Assembly: GCA_013265495.1 (NCBI GenBank)
Contig: MU058456.1
Span: 558,001 to 622,000 of the forward strand
Reading direction: 5' to 3'
Length of the DNA: 64,000 nucleotides
Origin: Vicugna vicugna
Taxonomy: Eukaryota
Shown here: piece by piece, positions 38,479 to 51,488 of the stretch
Layout of the letters: every line of letters starts with the position of its first letter
Numbering within the stretch: the stretch's first letter is position 1
The notes under the pieces: generated by a model
What the model saw: the letters and a program-made list of their open reading frames with translations, nothing else
The model's database searches: none
What the model was told of the DNA's origin: nothing
Translations under genes and position numbers: made by a program

Positions 38479-38653
38479 GAATCTCCAGATGAAACACATG
38501 TCCCTCCATTAAAGTTTAATTTCAGAGAGACAAGTAATAATATTTGGTATACATATGTCCATTGTGATATTTGGGGTATACATATTCATATTTACTTGAA
38601 TTCCAGTTTGTTTAGGCATCTTGTATTTTAATTTGTGAAATCTGGCAAGTCTA
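38479..38653. mobile_element. MER53-like palindromic MITE
   Basis: aagtttaatttcagagagacaagtaataat...atatgtccattgtgatatttggggtatac...tcttgtatttt...atctggcaagtcta matches the MER53 layout. Confidence 0.65.
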
Positions 38654-41280
38654 TCGGTAGCTGCAGGAAGGGTTGTATACCGAGGCCTTCACAGACATGT
38701 TTCTCGTAGGTACGTGCATGGTGTGAGGGGCAAGGGCCTAGAGACCTTACACCTAGGCATTAGTACACTATTCTTTTCTTATGAACCCTTCCACCTTTAA
38801 CTTTACCTGCAGTCTTCTTGGAGACAGGACCAAGTTTCTGGACAACCATAAGCAGATCTGATATATGATATATTCTTTAATGTGTGAAAGTCTGCGTGTA
38901 TGTGCCCCACTGCCACTCTTTTGACAGTCACAGTGCTCTCTGTGGATTCAAATAATAGGAGGTTAAATGCATTTAATGGAATGGCTGGAAGATGATCAGG
39001 CTCTTGATCTTGAGAGATGACTATTTGGAGGATGACTGGAACAACCAAATCCCCTACCTGAGCACCAGAGCACACTGATTGTCCCATAAGCATGGCTGAA
39101 TTCCCTAAAGAGGAGTGGGAAGTAGCCTAGTGATGCTGTTACTTTAAGACATGTGGCACTGACCTTGGAGTTCAAGACTACTTAATGACATCTGAGCTTT
39201 CAGAAGAAGTCAGGGGCTATATTTTAGACCAGACATGGAAAGGTTGAATTCCAGCCCTACACTGGTCATTAATTTCCGAGCAGTGCTTGAGGCAATCATG
39301 ATGCTAATCTTGGCTTAAATTTTCCTCATGGTAAAAACAAGGGCAGTGTTAAATTTTGCAGCGCACTTAGGATTCGTTAGAATTTAATTCAGGGCACAGG
39401 GTTGCAGTTTGGATAACAGTGGTTCCTAGATCCTATTGCTTTTAAACCAGCTAGAGTGGGCGTTAACTTTCCTAGTAAGGGAAGAAGGCAGCGGGTTTTA
39501 CGGTCCCTGATGGAGAACCTCCACCCCAGAAAGAGGACACTAACAAAATGGCATTTGGAGGTGCTGGAGATTTATGTGATGTTTTTGAAAAAAAATGTTA
39601 TAATCGTGTTCTAGATTTTCGGCTTACTCATTAATCAGTATCAACAAACATTTAGTACAGAAACGTGAGATTCTTCTGGGACCATACGTAGCCATTGAGG
39701 AGGAAAAATTTTAAATCTGTTTGGAATACAAACACCAGCATGGAACTAGAAACTGTTCTAAAGCAATGTATGTGGAACTATACTGCTATCAGAATTAGAT
39801 TGTATATAGAGGTTTCTTTGTAAAAATAGAGAACCTGTTAGGAAATTGGTACTTGTCTGGAAATTTCTGCTTAGATTGTCATATGGAGTTTATTTTATGC
39901 CCTTGTGGCTGCCTTTGTTCTTTTTGTTTCTCTTGTAAAATTCCTGGTCCCGATTCCTCCTTGGCCTCTGCGATAACTGTTTAGATGTAGGGCAGTTGTC
40001 AGAAATGCTTAGCATCTCAGGGCTGCCATCAAAACATCCTAGTATGCGAAAGAATAGTATTGAGTAGGATTCATAATTTCTCTAAAAAGTAACATCCTAA
40101 GTACAAATTGTCCTCACATGTACTGAGGTTAATCAGTTTGGCTTGAAAATACAAAGTGTTTTGTGGAGGTGTTGGACTCTTTTGGAGACAGCTTTCAGAA
40201 GAGAAAATCAAAGCCAGTAAAAGTGACATGATGTTCTCTGCGTCAAATTTAAGGCTGCCGAGTCCTTTTCATCACTGTTATTGTTACAAAACAAACAACT
40301 GAACCATATTTGAATATTCTAGGCAATGGGGAACTAAACAATAAAGGAACAATTTGAACCTTGGGAGAAATATAAATGAGAGAGAAGAGAGTGAGTAAAT
40401 ATACACAGACATAAGGGTGTGACCCTGTAAAAGTTTAGTCGGTTCTGTGTGCGGGGTGTGACGTGGGGCCACAAAGACAGATGAGATACGGTCCCAGGTG
40501 ACACAGTTTAAATGTAGAGGAGCATATTGGGTACAGAGATAAATGGTGCTCTACACACATGCAGCTCCGTGGAAGCAGGTGGTTGATGGGGGAAAGTAAG
40601 GCTAGTACCACCCCTGGTTGTGGATTCAATGCCAGTGATGCCAAGACGGGTAAAGCAGCCTGGAGGAGACCTGAGCTACCACTGAACACAAATTGTGTTC
40701 CACGTTGTGGTGGGCAGTTGGCATGTGTTACCTACTATCATTCCTAGAGATCTAGACATGAAAACCCAGAGAAGCAAAGTAATTTATCCAGGGTTCCCCA
40801 GCTAATAAATGGTGAGAGCAGGGTGCAATCCCCTATCTGACTGGCTTCCCACTCTGTGCTGCTGAGTCCACTTAGTGAATGGAATGAGAGCCACTTACCC
40901 CAAAGGACCCCGAACTGGAGAGCATCTGATCCAGTCCAAGGATGACACCAAGGAGGAATGCCCTTGCCAGGAAGAGTTGTTCAGCAGTGGACAGTAGACG
41001 GGATAATTAGTCATTGCTTTTGAAGATCTTCTGTTTGCCAGATGGTATGACAGGCTCTCTGTTGATATTCTAAAGTAGTACTCAGTCACCCCAGGATGTT
41101 GGTCAGTCCTCTTGTTTTACAGAACATTTATGGGAAACTGAGGTTTAAGATGTTAACAAGGTCACACAGCTGCTACACAGTAATAGTCAGGCTTTGATTT
41201 GTGAATTTGAACGTCGTGACAGGGACCAAATGGTAATAGACTTGAATTCAACAGTTTCATTTCATGACTTCAAAATTGGA

Positions 41281-41527
41281 CAGTTGCCCCTAGAACAATG
41301 TGGAGGTTTGGGATACCCACCCTCCAGTCCCAAATCCATGTATAACTTATAGCGAGCCCTCCCTGTGCACGGTGCCTTCGCATTTGTGTTTCCTTTGTAT
41401 CCGTGGTTCCACCCTGCAGATTGAATCATTTGTGTATGGTGTAGTACTGCAGTATTTACTACTGAAAATAATTCGTGAGTAAGTGGACCTGTGCAGTTCA
41501 AATCTATGTTGTTCAAGGGTCACCTAT
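41281..41527 (-). mobile_element. Tigger2/MER8-like TcMar MITE
   Basis: Terminal inverted repeats cagttgcccctagaacaa ... ttgttcaagggtcacct; internal taagtggacctgtgcagttcaaa. Confidence 0.8.
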
Positions 41528-43997
41528 CTTTCCAGGATCCAGAGAGGGCAGCAAACGTGTTTGGATGGAATGCAGTTTTGGAAAGGATTGGAATAAGTGG
41601 CTTGAGCAGTCAGAGTATGACAGGGGAGGAGGAGATGGCTCTTACTCGTTTATCATTTTGAAGAGGGCAAGATACTGGTCCTCGGGGAGGTTATAGAAAG
41701 GTGTAGAGAATGCAGATGGGGGTGAGGAAGGAGAAAGGAAGAGAGGATGAGGAGCTGACAAGTAGTTTAACAGCTGCTCCACACATTTACAAAATGACTC
41801 TGAGAAAAAATGGTTCTATTTATTTGCCGTTTCCTTCCATATATCTTCCCAACAGCATTCATCAATATCTGTCATTTCCCAGGGGGGTTAGACATGTCTG
41901 GCAATTCATTCTGCTGAATTATATTTCAATACGAGGATGGAGGGAGGCCAGATTGCAGATGTTAACTCTGACCTATGCCCAGCATCGCTTACACAGCATC
42001 CCCACCCAGCTCCTGGGTGCCCTCAGGACATTTCCCGCAGTGCTGCTTAGCGTCAGATTCTTGTTATCATATGCTCATTAGAGTAGCTCTATTTCATACT
42101 TCTTTAAAAATCAATGTTAAGTTGTCACATTAGCCTTTGGTCTGTACAGAGAGCTTAGAGCCAAACCATTATGTATCTTTGGATAAAAATTTTAAATCCA
42201 GACAGTCACCAACTGAACGGAGACTCCTCAGTGGTCTAGCTGCATCCGGGAGTTGCTGGCCAGGGCTGAGTCTCATTGCACAATGGGAGAATTTTCTGGG
42301 GGTTGGCACGCCGAAAGGCAGCAGTGTGAATACTTAAAATAACAGAAACATTGAAGCTTACTAAGCTCTGTGTCATGTATCAACTCAGATGATCCTCATA
42401 CCTCCCTTTATTAGAATTTGGTAATCTTGCTAGATAAGAAGAATATTTCTTCTTTAAGAACAAGTTAAGGGAAAAGAGAGGAAAGGCCACATAGATTTCT
42501 CGGGGAGTGTAGAGTTGAACTGTTTCCATTTAAACACAGACTGTGTGTTGGCGTTTCTGTCCTTCTGTCATACAGTGGCAAGAGTAACAGGGTGGCTGTC
42601 TGTGACAGAGGGTGAAAAGGCCGCTGTACCTTTGGGTCATCTGGTTGCATTGTCCACTCTGAAAGTTACTTTTGATGTAAAGCTGCAGCTGACAGTGGCA
42701 GCTGCAGCTTGAGATGCTCGCATAACCTGTGGTTTGTTCATGGGCTTTGATTCCTGTGTTGTAGGCAGGCGTGTGTCATCTTCCCATAGTCCCTGGCTCA
42801 TGGTATGGAATGGGCTCGCAAGACTCCTTGAACTGCTTCTCATGGACCTAGTCAGTCTAGGCTTGCCCTAAACTCTTACCATCTGCTATCTGCCCTGCTG
42901 GCTACAAGCTTCCCTTTAAAGCATCCCCCTAACTTTGTCACTAGGTCCTTGTGGTTGCTAGTGTTGTGGTTGGTAGTATTGTCTCGCCATTCTGTGTTAA
43001 ATACAAAATGCTGATGATAATAGTCTAAGAAGTGAAATTGGGCATCTCTGGTGGATTTGAGGCTAGTAGCAAAACATAAATTTGGAGACTGCTGCATTGG
43101 GCGATTAATCTGATTCAGACCTTGATATCCCACTGGCGTCATCATGCTCGTCGTGACAGCCCATCTCCTCAAAGACACGCATCCTCTCTCCATTCAGCTC
43201 TGTTTCCTGTCAATGGGGGGAGATCCCTAGCTAGTAGACAGTGATGTCTTCAAGGACTTGGGGTCAAGCCTATGCATTGGACTTTACTTGTGTGAGTCAA
43301 CATACACCACTTTTTTTTTCCCCATTTTTTTAAGGCTAGAATAGCAGCTCAATATTGGAGTCAGTGAACTTCAGCAGTCCCTGGTCACAAGTCTGTTGGT
43401 TTCTCAAATTATATTTATTTATGCCATTAAGAAGAATGATTTAGCCGTACTGTCAGTCCTGTCTAAGTATAGTTATTCTGTGGCAATGGGGACAGGAAAT
43501 TGGAAATCAGCCACCCGTGTGAGAGAGAAGGTGAAAGGAACATGTCTCTGTGTCATAGCAGCACAGCTGAGATGAGCAAAGGGAGGTGCTCGCGGCCCAT
43601 GAGCATGGTGGTCCCTGTAATGTGGCAGCTGATGTTGAGGGCTGAGCGGTGTGGTGTGCGAGAGAAAAAGCTCGATGTTGGAGTACAGGTTAGGGTGATG
43701 GCTGCTGACTCATGGATTCTGCCCAGATCCAGCCAGTGAATTAGCATGGTCCTCAGGCTTTCTCCATTCCAAAAGTTTGAGGGTTCTTGAAAAACTCAGT
43801 TCCTCTGACTCACAAATGACTCAGGGCTGAAGTATAATTTAAGCATAACTTGTGAAAGCAGGTGCTGTTGTAGTTCACTGTGGATGCCTTCTTTTGGACA
43901 ATAAAAGGAACTCCCTCATTTTTTCCTGTGGAAGGTGCAGTGGTTTTGGCTAAGCAAGGGAGGGTAATTATATATGTGTGTGTGTGTACCTGTGTAT

Positions 43998-44845
43998 GTG
44001 TTAAAATATCCATAACAAAATTTTCTGTTTTAATCACTTTTAAGCATACAATTCAGTGGCATTTAGCACTTTCATATTGTTGTGCAACAATCCCCATTAT
44101 CCACCTCTAGAACTTTTTCACCACCTCAAACTGAAACTCTTAACCATTAAACAATAATGCCTCATTCCCCCACTTCCCCCGCCCCCCAGTAACCACTGTT
44201 ACACTTGCTGTCTCAATGAACTTGACTATTCCAGGAACCTCATATAAGTGGAGTCATATAAATGTGTCCGTTTGTGTCTGGCTTATTTCATTTAGCCTGT
44301 CTTCAGGGTTCATCCATGTGTAGCACATGTTCACACATGTGTAGCATGTGTCAGTTTCCTTCCTTTGAAAGGCTGAGTCCTACATCATTGTTTGTATACA
44401 CCACATTTTGTTTATCCATTCATCCATCAATGGACATTAGTGTTATTCTCACCTTGAGGCTGTTGTTTTATATATATATATTTTTTTTAATTGAAGTATA
44501 GTCAGTCTACAATGTTGTGTCAATTTCTGGTGTACAGCACAATATTTCAGTTATACATGAACATATATATATATTCATTTTCATATTCTTTTTAACCATA
44601 AGTTATTATAAGATATTGACTATAGTTCCCTGTGCTATACAGTATAAACTTGTTGTTTATCTATTTCATATATAGTAGTTAGTGTCTGCAAATCTCAAAC
44701 TCCCAATTTATCCCTTCCCACCGCTTCCCTCCCTGGTAACCATAAGTTTGTTTTCCATAATGCTGCTGTGAACATGGGTACAAATACCTGTTTTGAGTCC
44801 CTGCTTTCAATTCTCTTGTGTAGACACCCGAACGTGGAATTAAGT
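43998..44845 (-). mobile_element. Old L1MB-like 3' end, interrupted by a younger L1
   Basis: tacaattcagtggcatttagcactttcatattgttgtgcaac...ggctgttgt, resuming after the insert as ataatgctgctgtgaacatggg. Confidence 0.8.
44470..44755 (-). mobile_element. Young L1 3' UTR fragment nested in the older L1
   Basis: ttttttaattgaagtatagtcagtctacaatgttgtgtcaatttctggtgtacagc...ggtaaccataagtttgttttc, the same family of text as at 633, 46610 and 47300. Confidence 0.88.
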
Positions 44846-46604
44846 GAGGGGGGTTTTAGTAGGCAGTGGGGAGGGAAAAGTGATGGGAATGGCCCTCTTC
44901 CCACTTTAGTGGTAGATGGGAGCTTTCCGGGGGCTACTTTGAGAGCTTCCGTAGATGCTCAGGACAGCGGCAGCCTGGAGGCCCAAAGGGAAAGCTATCA
45001 GATGAGTGATATGAGCATGTAGCCCCATCTGCCCGCTCATAGCACCAGCACAGTGTCAGCTCCCCATTGCCCTTTTTGTCCCCAGCCCCTTGCCTCTGCC
45101 CCATTCTCCTACCCTCCCTTCTGTGGCTCCCCTGCCTCACCACAACCCTTAGGAGCAACACGCGGGCCACCTCAGACTCCTTCTGCTAGGTGGGTACCTT
45201 AAAGGAGTAAACAAACTTTTCCAGAATTCTCATGTAAACTGAGCACCATAAGCCACTTCTAAAGACTGCTTGGGCATGTTGTTCCTGGGTCTTATTTTCC
45301 CTTTGATGTCCTGTTTGTAATCCAAGAGAAATCACCCAAAATGTGAGACCGTGGACTGACTGCTAAATCTCTGTTGCAGTTCAGGTGTTATGGAACTTTG
45401 GCACTGCAAGCTTTTAAATCTAGTCAGGTACTGTAACTCTCTGACGACAAAGTAGGTCTCCAGAGGCTATATTTAATTCTTTACATAGCTGTTCTGCTGA
45501 AATTATTGCTGACCTGATATTTTCCTGCTTCAGAGGGATACTTCAAGCTTTGGGGTGCTTTGGAAGCAGGTATATTATGCATTTATGGAGGTCTTCTTGT
45601 TTTTTGGAATTCAGGATGGAAATAAAGAAAATACATTGCAGGAAAGAGACCATATGTAGCCTAGATAGAACCAAGGCATAGCCTGAGTCCAGGTTTAGTA
45701 ATCTGCTTATTTTTACCTATAACCTTAAAAGGCTGCAGATCTTTCTACTCACTCTGTTAAGTAAAGAACCTATGACCAAAACAGTAATAGTAACCAGTAA
45801 AATTTAGATAACCCCTGCCTCTGTGGTTGGAGCCTGAGAAGTTCTCCTATCACTCTGGCTAACAGATTTCAGCTGTAAGATGGACCTGTATTTATTACCT
45901 CTGAATTCTAGTTATGTCAGTAGACAATACCTAAGAAATGATTTAATAAGCATATTGGAATTTTGGAAATGTGTTTCCAAAGAACACAGAGCGGGTCAGA
46001 GTTTCAGGTGTAACAACAAGCTTGATTCAGTATAAAAATCTCGCTGCCAGATTGCTAGGCAAGCTCACCTCTCAGACAACAAATTGGGAATGGCATTATC
46101 CACTCATTTCCACCCTGTGCAGCTGAATAATGCAGTTGACAGATGCTAATTTTCTTAAACTGTAGGCAGCAAATGATGCATGAATACAACAGCAACACAC
46201 TTTTTAGAGGCTCTTGGTAGTCATCAGAAAGCAAATTTGTATAAAGTTTGATGTAATCACGACCAACTATGGCACAGTGTTAGAGCCTTCTAATGGCTGC
46301 CTTAAGTCCATCTGTTGTCCTCTTTTCCCTATTAACACTAATGGGGGTCTAGGCAGGAATAAAACATCCATGTGTTGTGCTAACAGACCATCCAATTTAT
46401 AACATTCATGTGATTCCTAAGGATAAGACTCATGCAATAATGACATGGAAGAATCTAACTCATGGCAGGATTATAAACATTTCATTATATATGTATATCA
46501 ATGCTTCCTAATTTAATTATGTTTTCCAGTGGCTTAACAAAATTTTATTTCTTGTCACCTTATAATCCCACATATGTTGGGTAACTGTGTTTCATATTTT
46601 TTTA

Positions 46605-47280
46605 AGTTTCTTTTTTTTTCTTTTATTGAAGTGTAGTTGGTTTACAATGTTGTATTAAATTTCTCGTGTACAGCATAGTGATTGAGTTATACATATACAG
46701 ATATATATTCCTTTTCATTATAGGCTATTACAAGATATTGAATAGAGTTCCCTCTGCTATACAGTTTAAACTTGTTTATCTATTTTATACATAGTAGCAT
46801 CTACAAATTCCGAACTCTCAATTTATCTTTCTGTCCCTCACCCTTTCCCCCTGGTAACCATAAGTTTGTTTTCTATGCCTGTGAGTCATTTTGTAAGTAA
46901 GTTCATTTGTGTCTTTTTTTTAGATTCCACATAAAAGTGATAATTTTTTTCTCTCTCTTTTTCCGACTTACTTCACTTAGTATGACAATCTCCATGTCTA
47001 TCCGTGTTGCTACAAATGGCATTTTATTGTTTTTTGTGCCTGAGTAGTATTCCAGTGTGTGTGTGTGTGTGTGTTTATTACACATAAATACATATAAAAA
47101 ACAACTTTTTATCCAATCATCTATTGATGGACAGATGGGCATTTAGATTGCTTCCATGTCTTGGCTCTAAGTGTTGCTGTGAACATTGGGATGCATGTAT
47201 CTTTTCAAATTAGAGTTTCCTCTGGATATATACCCAGGAGTGGAATTGCTGGATCATATGGTAACTCTATTTTTAGTTCT
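46605..47280 (-). mobile_element. LINE-1 3' end (3' UTR plus degenerate ORF2 end), with an internal (TG)n expansion
   Basis: Poly-T, then ttttattgaagtgtagttggtttacaatg; degenerate ORF2-like peptide in ORF 46903-47142. Confidence 0.9.
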
Positions 47281-49212
47281 TGTTTTGTTTTGTTTTGTTT
47301 TTCTTACTGAGTATAGTCAGTTACAATGTGTCAATTTCTGGCTTACAGCATAATGTCCCAGTCGTGTGTGTGTGTGTGTATGTGTGTGTATACACATATA
47401 TTTGTTTTCATATTCTTTTTCATTAAAAGTTATTACAAGATATTGAATATAGTTCCCTATGCTATACAGAATTAATTTGGTTTTTATTTATTTTTATATA
47501 TAGTGGTTAACAAGTACAAATCTCAAACTCCCAAATTTACCCCTTCCCACCCCCTTTCCTTTGGTAACCATAAGATTCTTTACTATGTCTGTGAGTCTAT
47601 TTCTGTTTTGTGGATGTATTCATCAGTGTCCTCTTTTTTTCTTCTTTTTTTTTTTTCTTAGATTCCACATATGAGCATTATCATATGGTATTTTTCTTTC
47701 TCTTTTTGGCTTACTTCACTTAGTATGACAATCTCCAGGTCCACCCATGTTGGTGCAAATGGCTTTATTTTATTCTTTTTTATGGCTGAGTAGTATTCCA
47801 TAGTATAAATATACCACAGCTTTTTTATCCATTCATCTGTTGATGGACATTTCTGTTGCTTCCATGTCTTGGCTATTGTACATAGTGCTGCTATGAACAT
47901 TGGGGTGCATATATTTTTTCCAGTTAGAGTTCCTTCCAGATACATGCCCAGGAATGGGATTGCTGGATCATATGGGAAGTCTATTTTTAGTCTTTTGAGG
48001 ACTCTGTGTACTATTTTCCATAGTGGTTGCACCAAACTACATTCCCATCAACAGTGTAGGAGGTTTCCGTTTTCTCCACACCGTCTCCAGCATTTATCCT
48101 TTGTGGACTTTTTAATGATAGCCGTTCTGACTGGTGTGAGTTTTGATTTGCAATTCTCTGATAATTCATGATATTGAGCATTTTTTCATGTGCCTATTGA
48201 CCATTTGTATGTCTTCATTGGAGAATTACTTGTCTTCTGCCCATTTTTGGATTGGATTTTTTGTTTGTTTGTTTGTTATTAAGTTGTATGAGCTGTTTGT
48301 ATATTCTGAAAATTAAGCCCTTGTCAGTAGCATCATTTGCAAATATTACCTCCCATTCTGTAGGTCTGTAGGTTGTCCTTTTGTTTTGTTGATAATTTCC
48401 TTTGCTGTGCAAAGGTTATAAGTTAAATTAGGGCCCATTGTTTATCTTTGCTTTTATTTCTATTGCCTTGGTAGACTGCCTTATGAGAACATTGCTAAGA
48501 TTTATGTCAGGAAATGTTTTGCCTATTTTTTTTCTAGGAGGTTTCCAGTGTCTTGTCTTATGTTTAAGTCTTTAAGCCATTTTGAGTTTATTTTTGTGTA
48601 TGGTGTGAGGGAGTGTTCTAACTTCACTGACTTACATGCATCTGTCCAGCTTTTCCAGCACCACTTGTTGAAGAGGCTATCTTTTCTCCATTTTTATATT
48701 CTTGCCTCCTTTGTTGAAGGTTAATTGACCATAGGTCTGTGGACTTATTTCTGGACTCTCTATTCTGTTCCATTGAGCCATATGTCTGTTTTTGTGCCAG
48801 TACCATGCTGTTTGGATTACTGTAGCTCTGTAGTATTGCCTGACATCTGAGAGGATTATTCCTCCAGCTTCGTTCTTTTTCTTCAGTATTGCTTTGACAA
48901 TTCTGGGTCTTTTGTGATTCCGTATAAATTTTAGAATTATTTGTTCTAGTTCTGTGAAAAATGTCCTGGGTAATTTGATAGGAATCACATTAAATCTGTA
49001 GATTGATTTGGATAGTGTGGCTGTTTTAACAATATTAATTATTTCAATCCAAGAGCATGGGATGTCTTTCCATTTCTTTAAATCATCTTTAATTTCCGTA
49101 ATCAATGTTTTATAATTTTCTGCATATAAGTCTTTTACCTTCTTGGTCAGGTTTATTCCTAAGTATTCTTGTAATGCAATTTTAAAAGTGATTTTTTTTT
49201 AAACTTTCCTTT
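47281..49212 (-). mobile_element. 5'-truncated LINE-1 (~1.9 kb) with frameshifted ORF2 C-terminal part
   Basis: Minus-strand ORFs 48677-49105 (KWKDIPCSW...[11 protein letters not shown]...AWYWHKNRH...QWNRIESPE), 48215-48412 and 47658-48035 (LVQPLWK...CTPMFIAAL) are L1 ORF2p remnants; (TTTTG)n tail at 47281-47302. Confidence 0.95.
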
Positions 49213-49337
49213 TTTTTTTGCAATTAAAATATACATTTTTGAAAGCACTTGGATTTAAGCATTAGACTTCTTAACATGGACAACTCATAGGAGCTGCCCC
49301 TAGCTCCTGAGCTTGGATAGTGCTTCTAGCTACCCTG

Positions 49338-49803
49338 TGCACTAATAAAAAATTAATCAGTTGATCTAGAAACAGATGGAAAATTTTACTTGCACCAAAT
49401 TGAAGATTGTAACCCAGGAATAGCCTCTCAGAAAGCTCTGAGAACTATTCCACTTTTTAGTGGTCAAAGAACAGTAATACAGGTTTTTGAGACAGAAGGC
49501 TGTGCATTAAATGATGTAGATAGTTTGCACAATCCAAATCTGTTAGTACAAAGTGAGTAGTGGGTCATGAGTCATCACAGCCCCTTACTAGATTAAGAAG
49601 GGATGTTATGTTTAAGGAGTTGTCTTATTGATTCTACGAGAACGTTGCTCTTTATGCCTGAGCAGGTATTTCTGCCCATGGGAAGGTTTGGTCGATGCAT
49701 AATGCAGATACACAATGCACAGTAGAGAGGAGCGAGGAGACCAAAGGGTGGAGAAGATTTTTTATGTTTAAATTTTCTTTACCATAAAATATGAATTTTC
49801 ACA
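49338..49803 (-). mobile_element. Probable ERV1-class solo LTR (~466 nt)
   Basis: TG...CA ends, near-matching 4-nt flanks cctg/cttg, and the internal gcctctcagaaagctctgagaact motif typical of ERV1 LTRs. Confidence 0.65.
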
Positions 49804-50068
49804 CTTGTTAATATATTTCAGTAGTTATTTACCAATGGATGCTTGTAAAGTACATGCCTGAGGAAAGAGAGGAGGCTTTTGTACAAGGAACAGATCTACT
49901 GGGGAAAATCCAAGGTACAGATGTTACCTCTGCTGTGAGACCACCACCAACACATGCTGCAATCTCTCACAATTCCAGGAGGTGTGAAGCTGGAGTCCCC
50001 ACATGTGCAGCCTTTAGATGAGATTCTTTGGGTTGATTGCCATCTTTTCATTGTCCTTATGTATTTTT

Positions 50069-50588
50069 TGTTATTGAGTCTAAACTCGCTCTGCTCACTG
50101 CATGACAGATCAATAAACAGGAAGATGAGGTATTTGGGCAAGGAATAATGACTTTATTTGGAAAGCCAGCAGACCAAGAAGATGGCAGGTTAATATCCTG
50201 GAGAACCATCTTCACCACAACTGTATTCAGGCTCCTTTCATACTAAAAAGGGGAGGGAGTGTGGTTGGTTGTTGCCAACTTCTTGATGTCAGAATCCTTT
50301 GTTCTTGCAGCTATCCACCCACGTAAGGTCATGATGTCCCTGTAAACCTCCAACAAGAAAAATGTTATTTTCTATCCTGTAACTTTTTATCTTTATATGA
50401 ATGGAAAAGTGTTAATACCCTTAAAGGTCAGAGCCTTGAGAATAGGCTATCCTATGTATTTCAGGCTATAGGTGACTTTCTTTTACATAAGGTGCAGAAC
50501 CAGCATGACTAAGTATAGCAAACAGAGCACAGGGTAAGAGTCAAAGGAACAGATCAATATGGAGTCAGATTTGTTCTTCCCTATTACA
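50069..50588 (-). mobile_element. ERV1-class solo LTR (520 nt)
   Basis: Starts TGTTA, ends TTACA (inverted termini); 4-nt TTTT on both flanks; minus-strand AATAAA near 50153-50158 (actttatttgg). Confidence 0.8.
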
Positions 50589-51488
50589 TTTTGGGAAAGA
50601 AGAACCCAGTTTTTCTTTCATCATTGAACAAATATTTAGTGAGCACCTACTATGACCATTCATTGTGCTAGTATTGCAGCAAAGCACATAAAACTTAAAT
50701 GTGGGCTCTGCTTTTACCAAGCTTCATGACTATGTGAATACTCCTGTCCATCTTAACTTTCTAGTCACAAAGTCTTATATTTTGTGTGTGATAACTAACC
50801 TAGCCCATGTACTAAAGAAATAATACAGTGTGAGTTGGTTCAGCTGTTTGACTTCTAAAGACACACACATATATATGAGAGTTCAAGGTTGATGTAAACT
50901 GCTCAGTGAACCTACACTGACATTAATGTCCTGGTTTATGCAAATGGATACCATTATCTGTCTTGTTGACACAATTGGATGAACACCAGTGCTTCAGAGA
51001 GAGATGTGACAAAGAGGCATAAGCCCCATTTCACCTTGAAATGTTTCCGACTCTTCTTTTTGTTGGTCATGATCTTTGTAGACACTTTTCTAGTTGATTG
51101 CTAGATCACTTTCCATATTAGATGGTTTAAAAGTTCATTTGCAAATGCGCATGCTTATTTCTACCATGCTGAGAATGCTCTGTGTATTTGCATATATTCT
51201 CAGCACATTCCCTAGGAATAGGCAGTAGTCAGAAGACCCTCTGTCCTGTGCAGACCAAGAGCTACAGAGGCTAGAGATGAAGAGGTTTGCTTGGGTTTAT
51301 GTGTAAAGTAGGGGTCAGAACTTGCTACTAAATCTCCCAACTTAATTAAATCAGTTTGCTTCTGGTTGCTGTAAGTCAGTGTAATTGTGTTCTGTCACTG
51401 AAGTGGTATGGAAGATGAATGGCCAGAATGTTACAGAAGTGCTACCACTGTGCCTGCTACTCACACTGTCTTCTCTTCACCCCAACAG

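Larger units (their letters stand above)
25913..51488 (+). other. MAST4: MAST4 GT-AG intron between the two exons (25,576 nt as assembled, probably ~1.2 kb shorter in reality)
   Basis: Canonical GT...AG ends with compatible phase 1 on both sides; contains the gap-associated duplication. Confidence 0.88.

Noticed and set aside
47658..49105. Functional L1 ORF2 or a domesticated gene
   Set aside because: 5'-truncated and broken into several frames by stops and indels, including a deletion near 48140 and a small duplication near 48357-48373.
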